A stretch of DNA of 63,788 nucleotides, filler included, from Lenisia limosa (Eukaryota; Protista; Breviatea): NCBI GenBank assembly GCA_001655205.1. It is 13 parts of 13 records of this genome, joined end to end, with 100 filler letters (N's around TTAATTAATTAA, not from the genome) between each part and the next. Parts side by side here need not be neighbours in the genome. Positions count along the whole stretch, not along the records: positions 20,677 to 27,610 come from LPNZ01004586.1; positions 27,711 to 29,039 come from LPNZ01004321.1; positions 29,140 to 36,407 come from LPNZ01007244.1; 10 more parts are not named here. One strand, 5' to 3'. Shown here piece after piece: positions 25,301 through 36,273 of this stretch. Both the position numbers and the translations under genes were made by a program. The first letter of the stretch is position 1, and each line of letters begins with the position of its first letter. The notes below the pieces were generated by a model that searched no databases, was not told the DNA's origin, and saw nothing but the letters and a program-made list of their open reading frames with translations.

Positions 25301-27610
25301 CGATGACTGAGAAAATGGACAAACCACAGGTCTTCTTTCCTATTATGGTTAGTGGGAAGTTGGATGGTTAGATGCTTCATTTGGCAGTCTTGAATTGACC
25401 CTGTAGTTTGAGGCTCATGGCTTCTTTGTCAAAATGGCAGAGCTGGGAGAAGCATGGAGGGCCATGGTTTATGGTGAGAGGGGTAATGATCTGTCTGTGT
25501 AGATATGAAGCTTTTTTGAGAAACAAAAGATAATAGGTTTGTAGTCACCATATCGGGCCATGGATATCCTCGATAAATATCGATGATTTACCGTTTTTTT
25601 TCGAACCATATCGAAGTCCTAATAATAATACACACAGTAGTAAGTCCTGACCGACATGATAGGTTTTCTTCAGGACAATTAGTCAAGACTTATCACAGCA
25701 AAGATACAATATGGTGATACACTTTATATCTCACCCTCATCAACAGAGAATTAATTCAGACAGTTTTATCTGGCCTCATTCTTTAGATATTGTCTGTGAG
25801 AGGGCTGATCAAGTTTTTGCTACAATTTCAAAGAGTGTCGATGATATTGTCCAAAAAGCAAGGTGAGCTGATGCCTCCACCAAATCCTTTTGAACTCCAC
25901 TTTGAACACGCTTCTGCTACTTTGTTTCCGTTTTCTACCACCCTATTTGTCTCTCTTGATATTTTATCTTTCAACTTTATTTAAACTTCATATTTTATCC
26001 TTCTTCTTTATTCAAACATCTTATTTATCCCTATACTATCTGCAAATACAGCAATAGATTGTTAACCTTTATTTATTTTGATTAAATGCGCTTCTCACTC
26101 TATCAGTGATCTCAACCCTGGGTTTTACAGGGAAGTACTTAAGGCCGAAGATGAAGTTCTCGGGTTCAAAGTTGGGATGATGGATGGAGTAGAAATATAC
26201 AAGAAAGGGAGCTTATGGACCAACTTTGGTCCATTAATGCGGTTCAATGGGCGTCACTTCAGTTCGAAAACAAGACTGAATCTCTCAATAAAAAATACTC
26301 GAAAACTATTGATATTGTAGTGTTCTTTTTGAACCGAAGTGAAACTCTAGTTGTCACATGAAATTAGATTTTTACTTCGATCCGAAAACAGCCCTTAAAC
26401 AATACTTGAGAAAACTGGTACTTTATTGGTGTTTTTTCGAAACAACGTGAAGCCGTATCTAACAATCATGGATAATAGTGGGTTCTGTGAATTAATTGAT
26501 GACACACACATTATATTATGACGTTTTTTTTTGGATTTTAGTTTACAACACAGGGGCAAATGACTAGCTTACCTGATATTGAGACCCAGAAGAGCTTCAT
26601 TCTTATACTGAAGAAACCGAAGGTTAGAGCTTCTATTATATCATGCTTGCTTTCATGCCGGTTTCTGGGAGAAATTTGATACTATTTCGTGGTTGTATGA
26701 ACGGCTTCATCCAGATACTACCTTGTTTTATTACAATATCACAGATTATACACGTTTCAACATTGCCCTTTTTGTGTGGACGGCTTCGGCCAGTTACCAA
26801 CTTGTTGTTTTCTCATTTCTGTGTAAAATCTCAGCGTTCCTGACCATTTTGTAGATGACCAACGGCCGCACCGCTCAGCTCAATACCCTGGTACAGAACG
26901 GCATTGACAAACTTGATGCTATTCTGAGGGAACTTGATGCTAAAAAGATCGAGTTTGTGGTTTCTTGAAGTGTAATTGGAACATCTTTTTTGGGAGCATC
27001 CCCACCCGACCACCGCAGACTGGCCGGAGCTCTGTTTGTTTTGTTGTTCTTAACCCCCAGGAGGTGTGTTACTGGCCAACAGATTTGATTTTGGGCTATT
27101 TTTGTTTATTTGTTTTTTCACTTTAACTCCCCCCCCCCCCCNNNNNNNNNNNNNNNNNNNNNNNNNNNNNNNNNNNNNNNNNNNNNNNNNNNNNNNNNNN
27201 NNNNNNNNNNNNNNNNNNNNNNNNNNNNNNNNNNNNNNNNNNNNNNNNNNNNNNNGTCCATTTACACCCTCTCCGAAATCCGTTGTAAAGCTGTTGGAGG
27301 GGATGGGGAACAATTATTATGAATTGAATGGATTTATAATACAATGATATACAGACCTCAATAGGTTTGACATACCCTACCCGTTAGTAATATGATACTT
27401 CCACATTATTTGTCGTTTTTCATTACTGCTTTTTGTCAAGCCCACCCTTTTTATGTCGTCCCTAACACGTTACTGTACCCCAAGCCCTCCTTTTATCCCA
27501 AGCCCTTGTCATAATCCTTCTCTTTCATAATGATACCTAGCCGTTTGCTTGCAACACGGACGCGGGAGTGGTGACAGCACAGCATCTAGTTGCTTCAATC
27601 AACAAACTGC
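22337..27610 (+). CDS. Unknown large multi-exon protein (partial)
   Basis: Exon-like blocks: MEDLTKYLENYRVTRVEENFPSVFGSDNEDTE, QIKDAVLQIPDSLEDVSSFIP, ELWDGLAAALVEYHNSIVTKTVSALLKAVDD, LMKPSPANLVQDIKRYSEVKAMTEK, MTNGRTAQLNTLVQNGIDKLDAILRELD. No family recognised. Confidence 0.55.
23281..23347. mobile_element. MITE family B (TA-CAGTGACCGGGATAAGTCTTGACC...GGTCAAGACTT)
   Basis: Palindromic copies also at 45434-45495, 59403-59474, 62879-62952 and 25641-25698. Related family C (CAGTGACCGCGATAAGTCCTGAC / GTCAGGACTTATCGCGGTCACTGTA) at 7758-7822, 45240-45345, 57452-57495 and 61640-61698. Confidence 0.8.
26250..26350. mobile_element. MITE family A, subfamily 1 (diverged; a second decayed copy at ~26370-26460)
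   Basis: TCACTTCAGTTCGAAAACAAGACTG...TTTTTGAACCGAAGTGAAACTCTAG. Confidence 0.75.
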
Positions 27611-27710
27611 NNNNNNNNNNNNNNNNNNNNNNNNNNNNNNNNNNNNNNNNNNNNTTAATTAATTAANNNNNNNNNNNNNNNNNNNNNNNNNNNNNNNNNN
27701 NNNNNNNNNN

Positions 27711-29039
27711 GATCTTCAACCCGTGCCAGAAATGCCGAATTTAGAGAACGTCAAAGTAAGCTCGGCCTGGAGGGAACTTTTGAGCTTGTAATTTTCGGTC
27801 TGTACAGGTTCAAGCTAGAAGCTAGAAGCAAACAGAAAGGAATTTCCGGATACATCTTTGATAAATATCGATAGTTTTAGTCTCTTTTCGGATATTACAG
27901 TATAGTAAGGAAAGAATCTCAAAATAAGGCCAGAATAATATAGATATTTGTTTCTTTGCGCAGCACCCCTCTGGTCTGGGCTTTGTTTGTTTTGTCCAAC
28001 AGAGTTGATTTTGGCTTTTTTTATTTCATAAATTTTCAATTTTACTNNNNNNNNNNNNNNNNNNNNNNNNNNNNNNNNNNNNNNNNNNNNNNNNNNNNNN
28101 NNNNNNNNNNNNNNNNNNNNNNNNNNNNNNNNNNNNNNNNNNNNNNNNNNNNNNNNNNNNNNCCGCCGGCACAGTCCCCTCCACAGTCCGACGCTGCCCC
28201 CTCCCCTATTGCCACCCCGGGTACGCCCGGCTCGTTTGCCCTTTAAAATTCAGGCTTGAAGCTCTCTTTGAAGTCTCAATCTTGAATGCTGAAATGCTGC
28301 CTTTCTATCATAATCCTTCTTTTAGATTGTTTTGTAAACTGTTTTGCCAAATACCACCCTTGTTCTTTTTTCAATTCATCAACACATTGCACACGGAACT
28401 AACTTTGTAGCCCCAACTCTCTCACCTGTCTTTGTAGCCCCAACTCTCTCACCTGTCTTTGTAGCCCCAACTCTCTCACCTGTCCCTGCCGCAGCCCCCG
28501 GTATGCCCTTTCCTCATCGTCAATCAACACGATCATCACATCCTGGCATTATTACATTATAACTAGGATTTCACTTCGGTTCGTAAAAGATCGGTAAAAT
28601 ATCGATAGTTGTCGAGGATTTATGGAGCAATTCTGTCTTTTTTTCGCCGAAGTGAAGCCCTTCCTTACACATAACAATGACAAATGAAAAAGAAAAATAT
28701 AATCTGCACCATAATAACTGAGAAGTCTTTTTGGGACCGTAGGGAAACGCTAAATAACACTGCAGCATCACCTGCACCTATTCCGGCTCCTGCCGCCGCT
28801 CCAGCCGCCGCGGCAATTCCCGCCCCTGGTACGTAATTGCACCCGGCATCTTTCAAAGATGAAGGATACTGAGTACTGTAGAGTAGTTATGTTATCATCT
28901 TGAGTGATGATATACCTGAATAACTTATCACTGCAACTGATGTTATAGTTCCGCTTCCCGAGCCGATTCTTCCCCCCATGGATCCTACCCCCACTCCCAC
29001 AAAAGTGAGTGACTATGAATGGATTGTTGTCCCAAGTGT
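27711..29039 (+). CDS. Pro/Ala-rich low-complexity protein fragment
   Basis: Exons PAQSPPQSDAAPSPIATP, APTLSPVPAAAP, AASPAPIPAPAAAPAAAAIPAP and VPLPEPILPPMDPTPTPTK, each flanked by AG/GT. Confidence 0.55.
28404..28484 (+). repeat. 27-bp tandem repeat x3 spanning an acceptor site (TTTGTAG/CCCCAACTCTCTCACCTGTC)
   Basis: Directly visible; preceded by the branch-like CTAAC; the unit is 9 codons. Confidence 0.92.
28563..28661. mobile_element. MITE family A, subfamily 1
   Basis: CTAGGATTTCACTTCGGTTCG...CGCCGAAGTGAAGCCCT. Confidence 0.85.
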
Positions 29040-29139
29040 NNNNNNNNNNNNNNNNNNNNNNNNNNNNNNNNNNNNNNNNNNNNTTAATTAATTAANNNNN
29101 NNNNNNNNNNNNNNNNNNNNNNNNNNNNNNNNNNNNNNN

Positions 29140-32100
29140 GAGAGAGAGAGAGAGAGAGAGATGACAATAAAACCCACACACTTTGACAGAAACAAACACT
29201 TAAAACCCTGTCCATCCATCCAGCCCACAAATCCGGTCGAATCGAAGGTTGGGTCAATATCGAAGAACTGAGCCGCGTGGGTCACGTGACTCACTAATTC
29301 CGCCGATTCCGACTCCAGACACTCCATGTCGGTGAAGGAAACCGAATAAAGTTTAACCTGCGGGAATAAAATTGGAATACCTCATATCAACTCGAATGAT
29401 GTCTCAGTACATCCACCCCTATTACACAACATAACCAATACAGTATTTCCGCCCACCCTTGGCATAGTCAACATCAACTCCTTGACCAGCGCCACTTCCA
29501 CTGCGCATGTCGATGCCAAAAAGATTGAATCCAACGCGACGCCCACGGAGCTGGAAGGGGGGAGGGGGGTTAGAGAATATTGATTTGCGGCTTGGTTCAG
29601 ATTGAGAAATGAATGTAGGGCTTCCCTTCGGTCCCAATATATACTGAATTTTCCGATAAATCCTCGATAAATATGAATTCTTGTCGGAGCGTAGGGAACC
29701 CCTATGAATTCGATTTGGGATAATCATTTTAAATATCATTTATTATTTATACTTTGTTTACCCCACTTCATGGCTTCAACAGCTGCGGCAATATCGAGGG
29801 TATTACGTGGGTACGACCCTGGATGGAGATAAAATAAATTCACAGAGAATGAGCTTGAATTGCAACGAAGATCAAAAAGCGCTATAAGAATGTGGATGTA
29901 GCAGGAATAAAAATAATGGGCGCGACAGCCTGGTGATTAATTTGTCTTCTGGTAGCCACATGTATTTATTTGTTTCCCTTGATTTTTAATGTATGGTAGA
30001 TAATATTTCTCTTGTTGACAAAACTCGGTTTTAGCGTTGGTTGCTTGTTTTACGTTTTTTCTTTATTTGGAGTTTCAGATTATTCGGTTCGATTAGTACC
30101 TTTACGCCAATATTCTTCATCGAAATTACCTTCGTTTAACCCCCCCCCCTATACCAGATGCCATAAGTTCGCGGCCGTGGGTCTTCAGCAGCATTTCGAC
30201 ACCGTGAAGCACGTCGAAACCTGATCTATAAGATCTGCAGTAGATCTATGGCATATTGGTCTATGGAATATGGTAGCTTATCTATGATATTTATAGGTAG
30301 GGCTTCCCCAAGGTCCGAAAAAGACCGGGAAAATATCTATTTTTATCGAGAAATTCGGTCTATTTTTCGACTGTTGGGAAGTCCTATTTATAGGGGATAG
30401 GGATGTGCTTTGATAAAGCAGGATTTCAATGCTATTTAAGAAAATACAGAAAGAACGCATCCCCCCAAAGTTATCTTTCAACTACCCCCCACCCCACCAA
30501 AATTATCATTCTGGTAAATCACGCCAATTCGCGTGGCCATTTGAACTGTCACAGCGTGCTGGATCATAGCGGATAACTCTGGAGGTTGTAAGCGGGGGGT
30601 AACTGATGGGATAATTTGAGNNNNNNNNNNNNNNNNNNNNNNNNNNNNNNNNNNNNNNNNNNNNNNNNNNNNNNNNNNNNNNNNNNNNNNNNNNNNNNNN
30701 NNNNNNNNNNNNNNNNNNNNNNNNNNNNNNNNNNNNNNNNNNNNNNNNNNNNNNNNNNNNNNNNNNNNNNNNNNNNNNNNNNNNNNNNNNNNNNNNNNNN
30801 NNNNNNNNNNNNNNNGGAAGAAAAGGGCTCCCGTCGTGGGGCCTATGAGGAGAGGCTCATCCATAACCTGTGGGGTTGGATTAAAATGGAAGATTAATGA
30901 AACAAAAAAGCACAAAATAGGGGAGCGGGTGAAACGAAAGAATAGAGTATTACTTCTGTGTAAAGATACTCATCACAATCTAACAATCAAAAAGTTCAAA
31001 CCAATTCTATATTACCTCCATGACAAACTTACACAAACACATAGATACAGACACACACAGATACACACATATTCATCCTAATACCCCCCCCCCCCCNNNN
31101 NNNNNNNNNNNNNNNNNNNNNNNNNNNNNNNNNNNNNNNNNNNNNNNNNNNNNNNNNNNNNNNNNNNNNNNNNNNNGAAGGTGGTCTGAATCGGTGAGGA
31201 AGGAGTAAAATTGGAAAATGTATGAAGGAGGGGGAGGCACTTCTCTTTCGATATAGTACTTGTCAATTTTTGTGTAAATCATCGTGCTTACTCATGCGTT
31301 ATTGACGTTAACTGATGAAAGTTATTCCTCTTCATTAAATTCTCGATATGTGTCGACAGATCATATGAGAAATACGCGAGAAGCTGTCAACATCATCACA
31401 TTAAGAAGCGGTCTTAAAGAAACAAAAATATCATTCATTCATCCATTCAAGTTAAAACCCGGGGGGGGGGGGGNNNNNNNNNNNNNNNNNNNNNNNNNNN
31501 NNNNNNNNNNNNNNNNNNNNNNNNNNNNNNNNNNNNNNNNNNNACACGGTTGAAAACAACAAAAACATATCCTTGGCCAGAGGGAGGGAGGGAGACTTTG
31601 TAATCACGGTTGGTATGCCACCCAAATAATATTGAAAAACAAGGATCAAACATAAAATGAAGGCTAAGTAATTTAAATCGATAATTCAACTATTCCATTT
31701 CATCCCGAGATCACCAGCTGGCCCTCAGAGAATAACCCCCTCATAAAATCCCTAATTGAACCACGTAAAAAAACCCAACCAATCCACACATACGAGGGCA
31801 GCCATTGAAAACCTGCATTTTGAGAAGCCCCTCCCCACTCAATTCAACAACAACACGATTTGATTAACAGTTATGGCTTTATGCCGGGGAAGAAAGTGTA
31901 GAAGTAGGCCTTGTTTGGCCGGGAAAGACCACGGAGCTTACGTTAAGCATCTCATCTACGATAGCAATCGACTCATCAGGCTCATAATTGTCGTTAACAG
32001 ACCATAGAACAAGAGACTTGTTCCTAATGCCGCCCTAAAGGGTGTGAGAAAGGCCATCGGTCCACAAATGTTAGGCTTTGGGTATAATCTCGGTGCATTT

Positions 32101-32546
32101 GCCATTAGAACACACAATAAGTATCTAATAACTGGATAAAACACAAGAATTGGGAACGAAGATAACATTATTATCATAACGTTTTCCACAAACACTCCCC
32201 ATTAGCCCCGCTATTGGACAGTAGCTGAATTCCAGAATGGGTAAACGCCCCAGTAAATCAATGGAACGAGTAAAGACTTTATAGTTACTGGCTTACAATC
32301 AGATTCTGTTGTTCAAAGGCCAACTGGATACCTTCTTTGATAAAACCCCCGGCCTTCTTGAGCTGACCTACGAGACATTAGGCCAAGCAAAACAAACAAA
32401 CCTTCAAGGTCAATAGGCTGTCCAAATATGATTGTCTCTCCAGAATTAACTGTTTTGGGGGTCTCAGGAAGAGGAATGACAGCCACAGCCATCTGGGTGG
32501 TAGCACCAAGGCATATGAGAAGAAGTATCAGCTTTAAAACGGACAT
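29140..32546 (-). CDS. Signal-peptide protein with type-1 periplasmic-binding / Venus flytrap domain (LIV-BP/Peripla_BP_6-like); C-terminus cut by contig end
   Basis: Spliced: MSVLKLILLLICLGATTQMAVA...TIIFGQPIDLEG|QLKKAGVFIKEGIQLAFEQQNLI|GGIRNKSLVLWSVNDNYEPDES...LLIGPTTGALF...RIGVIYQNDNFG...SYPRNTLDIAAAVEAMK...YSVSFTD. This is colinear with the bacterial branched-chain amino-acid SBP motifs (FGQSA.LSG, GGVxGRxL...DDxYEP, IGPFTG, IAVFYQNDxFG, YxRNTxDV). Confidence 0.82.
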
Positions 32547-32871
32547 TGTAGTATAGTGAAATTCAATAGCCATTTTCATAAGCTGTAGTAACTGTTCAAC
32601 AAAAAGTTCAGGTTGTTCTCATTATGTAATGTGGTTCTTTGAATAAATTCGTTTTATGTTGCGTTTTCTTATCAAGCTCACTTATTTAAACCTGTTTTGG
32701 ATGAGTTCTGGTGCAAATAATAATAGCCGCTCGGAAGGATATAATCCCTGCAGATTTTACTTTGTATAGGTGTGATTTTTGGACTTTTTCCCCTTTTTTC
32801 AGAGCAGTTTTTTTGGCAGTGCATGAATTGTTGAGTTTATTTTTAGTAAATAGTAACAAGAGAACATAAAG

Positions 32872-35800
32872 ATGCTAAGCAGTAACCTGCTCCGAAGTGT
32901 GTCACCATCGTTAGCAAGGATATTCTCTTGTCCCACCGCTGCAGCAGCCCGTGGATTAGCTTCAAAAGGTACTAATATGACTTTTTCGGAAAACTTCACT
33001 CATTTCTCCTACGGAATCTCTCCTCACATCCTTCAGCCACAAAAGAGATCTACGCCCCCGAGGTAGCGAAGGACATCAACTGGGTCGGAGCGATTGACCA
33101 GAATGTGAGACACTTCCATGGATACAAGACCAGCTGCGGTTAGCGGGGCTTTTGCTGAGATCACCTTGTTATGATGCCGTGATCTAATGCATAAGTGAAG
33201 CAGAAATGAAACAAGGGAGACGGCATCACGTTTATGAGAGATATTGATGGATGTTATATTGTATTCACCCAATAATTTGCCTTACAGTCACACAGCTTTC
33301 TTCTGCCGCAAAATATTCAAAAAGCGTTAAAAAACACACGCTAAATACATGTTTCATAGACACTAACCGTGTTATAACAAATGGGTCAAGACTAGGGCTT
33401 CACTTCGGTTCGAAAAAGACCACTAATATGTCAAAATTTTCGAGGATTTATCGAGAAATTCAATCTTTTTTCGAACCGAAGTGAAGCCCTTGTTAAGACT
33501 TATACCGGTTACTGTATATTTATTGTTGCATGGTCACCTTTGTCTACCTTGGAACCTATGGATAATATATCATCACTAAGGCTTTCACTAAAACCAGTAA
33601 ACTGTCGAATACCAGATATTATACATTCATATAATATCTACTAACTATTTCAGCTTATCCCCTTGTTGCATTTCTCATCTCTACATCTCACCGCTGATCC
33701 CCCAGGTTCCAGCTACAACGCATACCTCTTCAAGGGCGGAAATGGGTGGGTGATGGGGACATGGGGCAATGCAAGTGTGGAAATGGGTGAGTTTATGAAA
33801 ATACAGGAAAATACTATTTGGATATCTCAAGGAATGGGGGCTGGAGGAAGGAACGTTATCGGGTTGTTTTTGTCAAAATTATAAATGTCAACTTTTTCTC
33901 CAGATTGTTTCATAAATTTTCCAATTTTACCTCCCCTCCCTCCCTGCAAAGGAAGACACTTATAGTCCAACGATACTCCTCAAAGGATCAGGGTTCATTT
34001 TTGTGTTTTAACGTTTATTGCTCATGTTTGTTATTGCCTGTTTTTTTGTTGGATTGTTTGGAGTGAAAGGTTTACTACCGTTACGCTAATTTGTCATTGA
34101 AATTTCCTTCGTTTTACTCCCCCTCCCCCCTTGCAAAACAACTTACAGTCCAGTGAGACGGTTCTTGTGGACACGGTTAAAAAAGACTTCTCCCATGAGC
34201 TCCTTGAGAAAATCGACTCCTTAACCGAGTTGGCTTGGGATGGTAATTTTATTTGATCTCACGTTGATTGGATGATGGTATCATGATGCTTGTGATGCTT
34301 GTGATATGAAGGTGATGGTTGTGTTGATGATGGTGATTGTGATGATGATAGTGTGATGATAATGGTTGTGATGAATGTGGTGATGATGGTGGTGGTGATG
34401 GTGGTGGTGATGATCTTGATTTTATATTATGATGATGGTGATTTTGGTGTTGGTATGATGATTGTGATATGATGATGAATGATGGTTGTGGTGTTGATCT
34501 TATTATAATAATGATATGATGATGGTTGTGGTGATGATGGTGAAATATTGGTTTTGCAAAAGTAGAAAAGATGACTTTACGTGTTAAGATATCAATGGTA
34601 ATTTTTTTATTCTATTCCATGTCTTCATACTTCAGCAAAGTTGATCACGTGATCATTAATCACGGTGAACCCGACCATTCCTCTTCGCTCCCAGCCGTGA
34701 TGGAGGTTGGGGGTAGTTGTGTCGATATAGCTATGCATCCAATATCTCTTAGAAGCGTGAAGGAGATTAACGACTTCGATCAGATTCAACCTTTATTATT
34801 CCATCTCTATACTATATCGTATATAATATTGAGCCAACTTGCGCACACAAAACTTATAATTATGTTAATGTGTACTAATAATGTAACCTCACCAGGCCTT
34901 CCCCCAAGCCATGGTCCACACCAATAAGTCTTGTATGGGCACACTGAACCGATATTTCGGCGGAGATAACTGGAACGTCAACATTGTTTGAGGGACCATT
35001 GTAACGCAATGTTGAGGATTATTTTTAACTTTCGTATGATTGTTAACTTTCATATGATTGTTAACCTTTGTATGATGTCATTTTCGAGTTAATTTTATGG
35101 GGATCTGGACTGTGTCATTGCCCCCCCCCCCCCNNNNNNNNNNNNNNNNNNNNNNNNNNNNNNNNNNNNNNNNNNNNNNNNNNNNNNNNNNNNNNNGTTG
35201 TCAGCCAACAAAGTTGATTTTTGAGCTTTTTATTTTTCATAAATTTTCCAATTTTACCCACCCCAATTTGAAAGAACAAGAAATGTTTTCTAAAAACACA
35301 TTAAGTACAGTTAAAAATAACAAGAAATACAGGGGGTACAAATAAACTACATAATAGAAGTTTCCGAAGCGGGGGGGGGGGNNNNNNNNNNNNNNNNNNN
35401 NNNNNNNNNNNNNNNNNNNNNNNNNNNNNNNNNNNNNNNNNNNNNNNNNNAAAGCCATGACAAGATTCTTGGCGGGCGTGGCGGATATGGGCACTAAAAA
35501 GTGCAAACTGTTTCACGGGTTTTCCCTATTTCATGGAATTTACGCGGCACTCACCCCCTAGGTCAAAGACGGGGAAGAGTTGGACTTTGGAGGTAGACGT
35601 GCCGTTTACTACACCACCCCTCTGGTGCATTGGCCTGATAGCGCCCTCACCTATCTGCCTGACGTGAGGGGTGTGTGTGTGTTTTTTTTTTGTTTTTTTT
35701 TTNNNNNNNNNNNNNNNNNNNNNNNNNNNNNNNNNNNNNNNNNNNNNNNNNNNNNNNNNNNNNNNNCGTGAGGGATTATACTATGGAAATATATCATTTG

Positions 35801-36273
35801 TGTGTGTCATAGTTGATGGGAGGGGTGTTAGCCAACAGAGTTGATTTTGGGATTATTTTTTGTTAATATCATATGTATTTTCCAGTTTTACTCCCCCTCC
35901 CCCACCCCCAGGAAAAAGTAGTGTTCTCCATGGACGCGTTTGGACAGCACATCGCCTCACACCATCGTTATGTTGACGGCAACCTTGAATGTGGGGATGT
36001 GGGTGATAGAGATGTGAAATTTCATTAACATGTACTGTTTTTTTAGCAATGAGAAATATAAAACTAAGTATCTGGCCGAAGCCGTCACCATCACGCTTAA
36101 AAGAGATATTGGATGAAGTATAATATTCATCCAATCATTTGCCTTACAACTCTGTGTACACAGCTTTCTGCCCCAGCATAATTCTTACCCAGACACACAC
36201 GACAAGGTAATGTACGAGTCAAAGGCATACTATGCCAACATCATTGCCGGGCTTAACAACAAGGTCAAGAAGG
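32872..36273 (+). CDS. fprA: Flavodiiron protein (FprA/A-type flavoprotein; O2/NO reductase) with N-terminal mitochondrial-type presequence; flavodoxin domain cut off by contig end
   Basis: Exons: MLSSNLLRSVSPSLARIFSCPTAAAARGLASK, INWVGAIDQNVRHFHGY, GSSYNAYLFK, TVLVDTVKKDF, IINHGEPDHSSS (HxExDH), TTPLVHWPDS, VFSMDAFGQH and AYYANII. These are the diiron ligands of the metallo-beta-lactamase-like domain of FDPs. Confidence 0.92.
33392..33490. mobile_element. MITE family A nested in the right arm of a family B element, in an FDP intron
   Basis: GGTCAAGA-[CTAGGGCTTCAC...GTGAAGCCCT]-TGTTAAGACTTATACCGGTTACTGTA. Confidence 0.8.
34280..34545 (+). repeat. Degenerate (GAT/GGT)n low-complexity tract in an intron
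   Basis: Directly visible; complementary (CAT)n tracts at ~6422-6490, ~9075-9100 and ~19700-19830. Confidence 0.85.
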
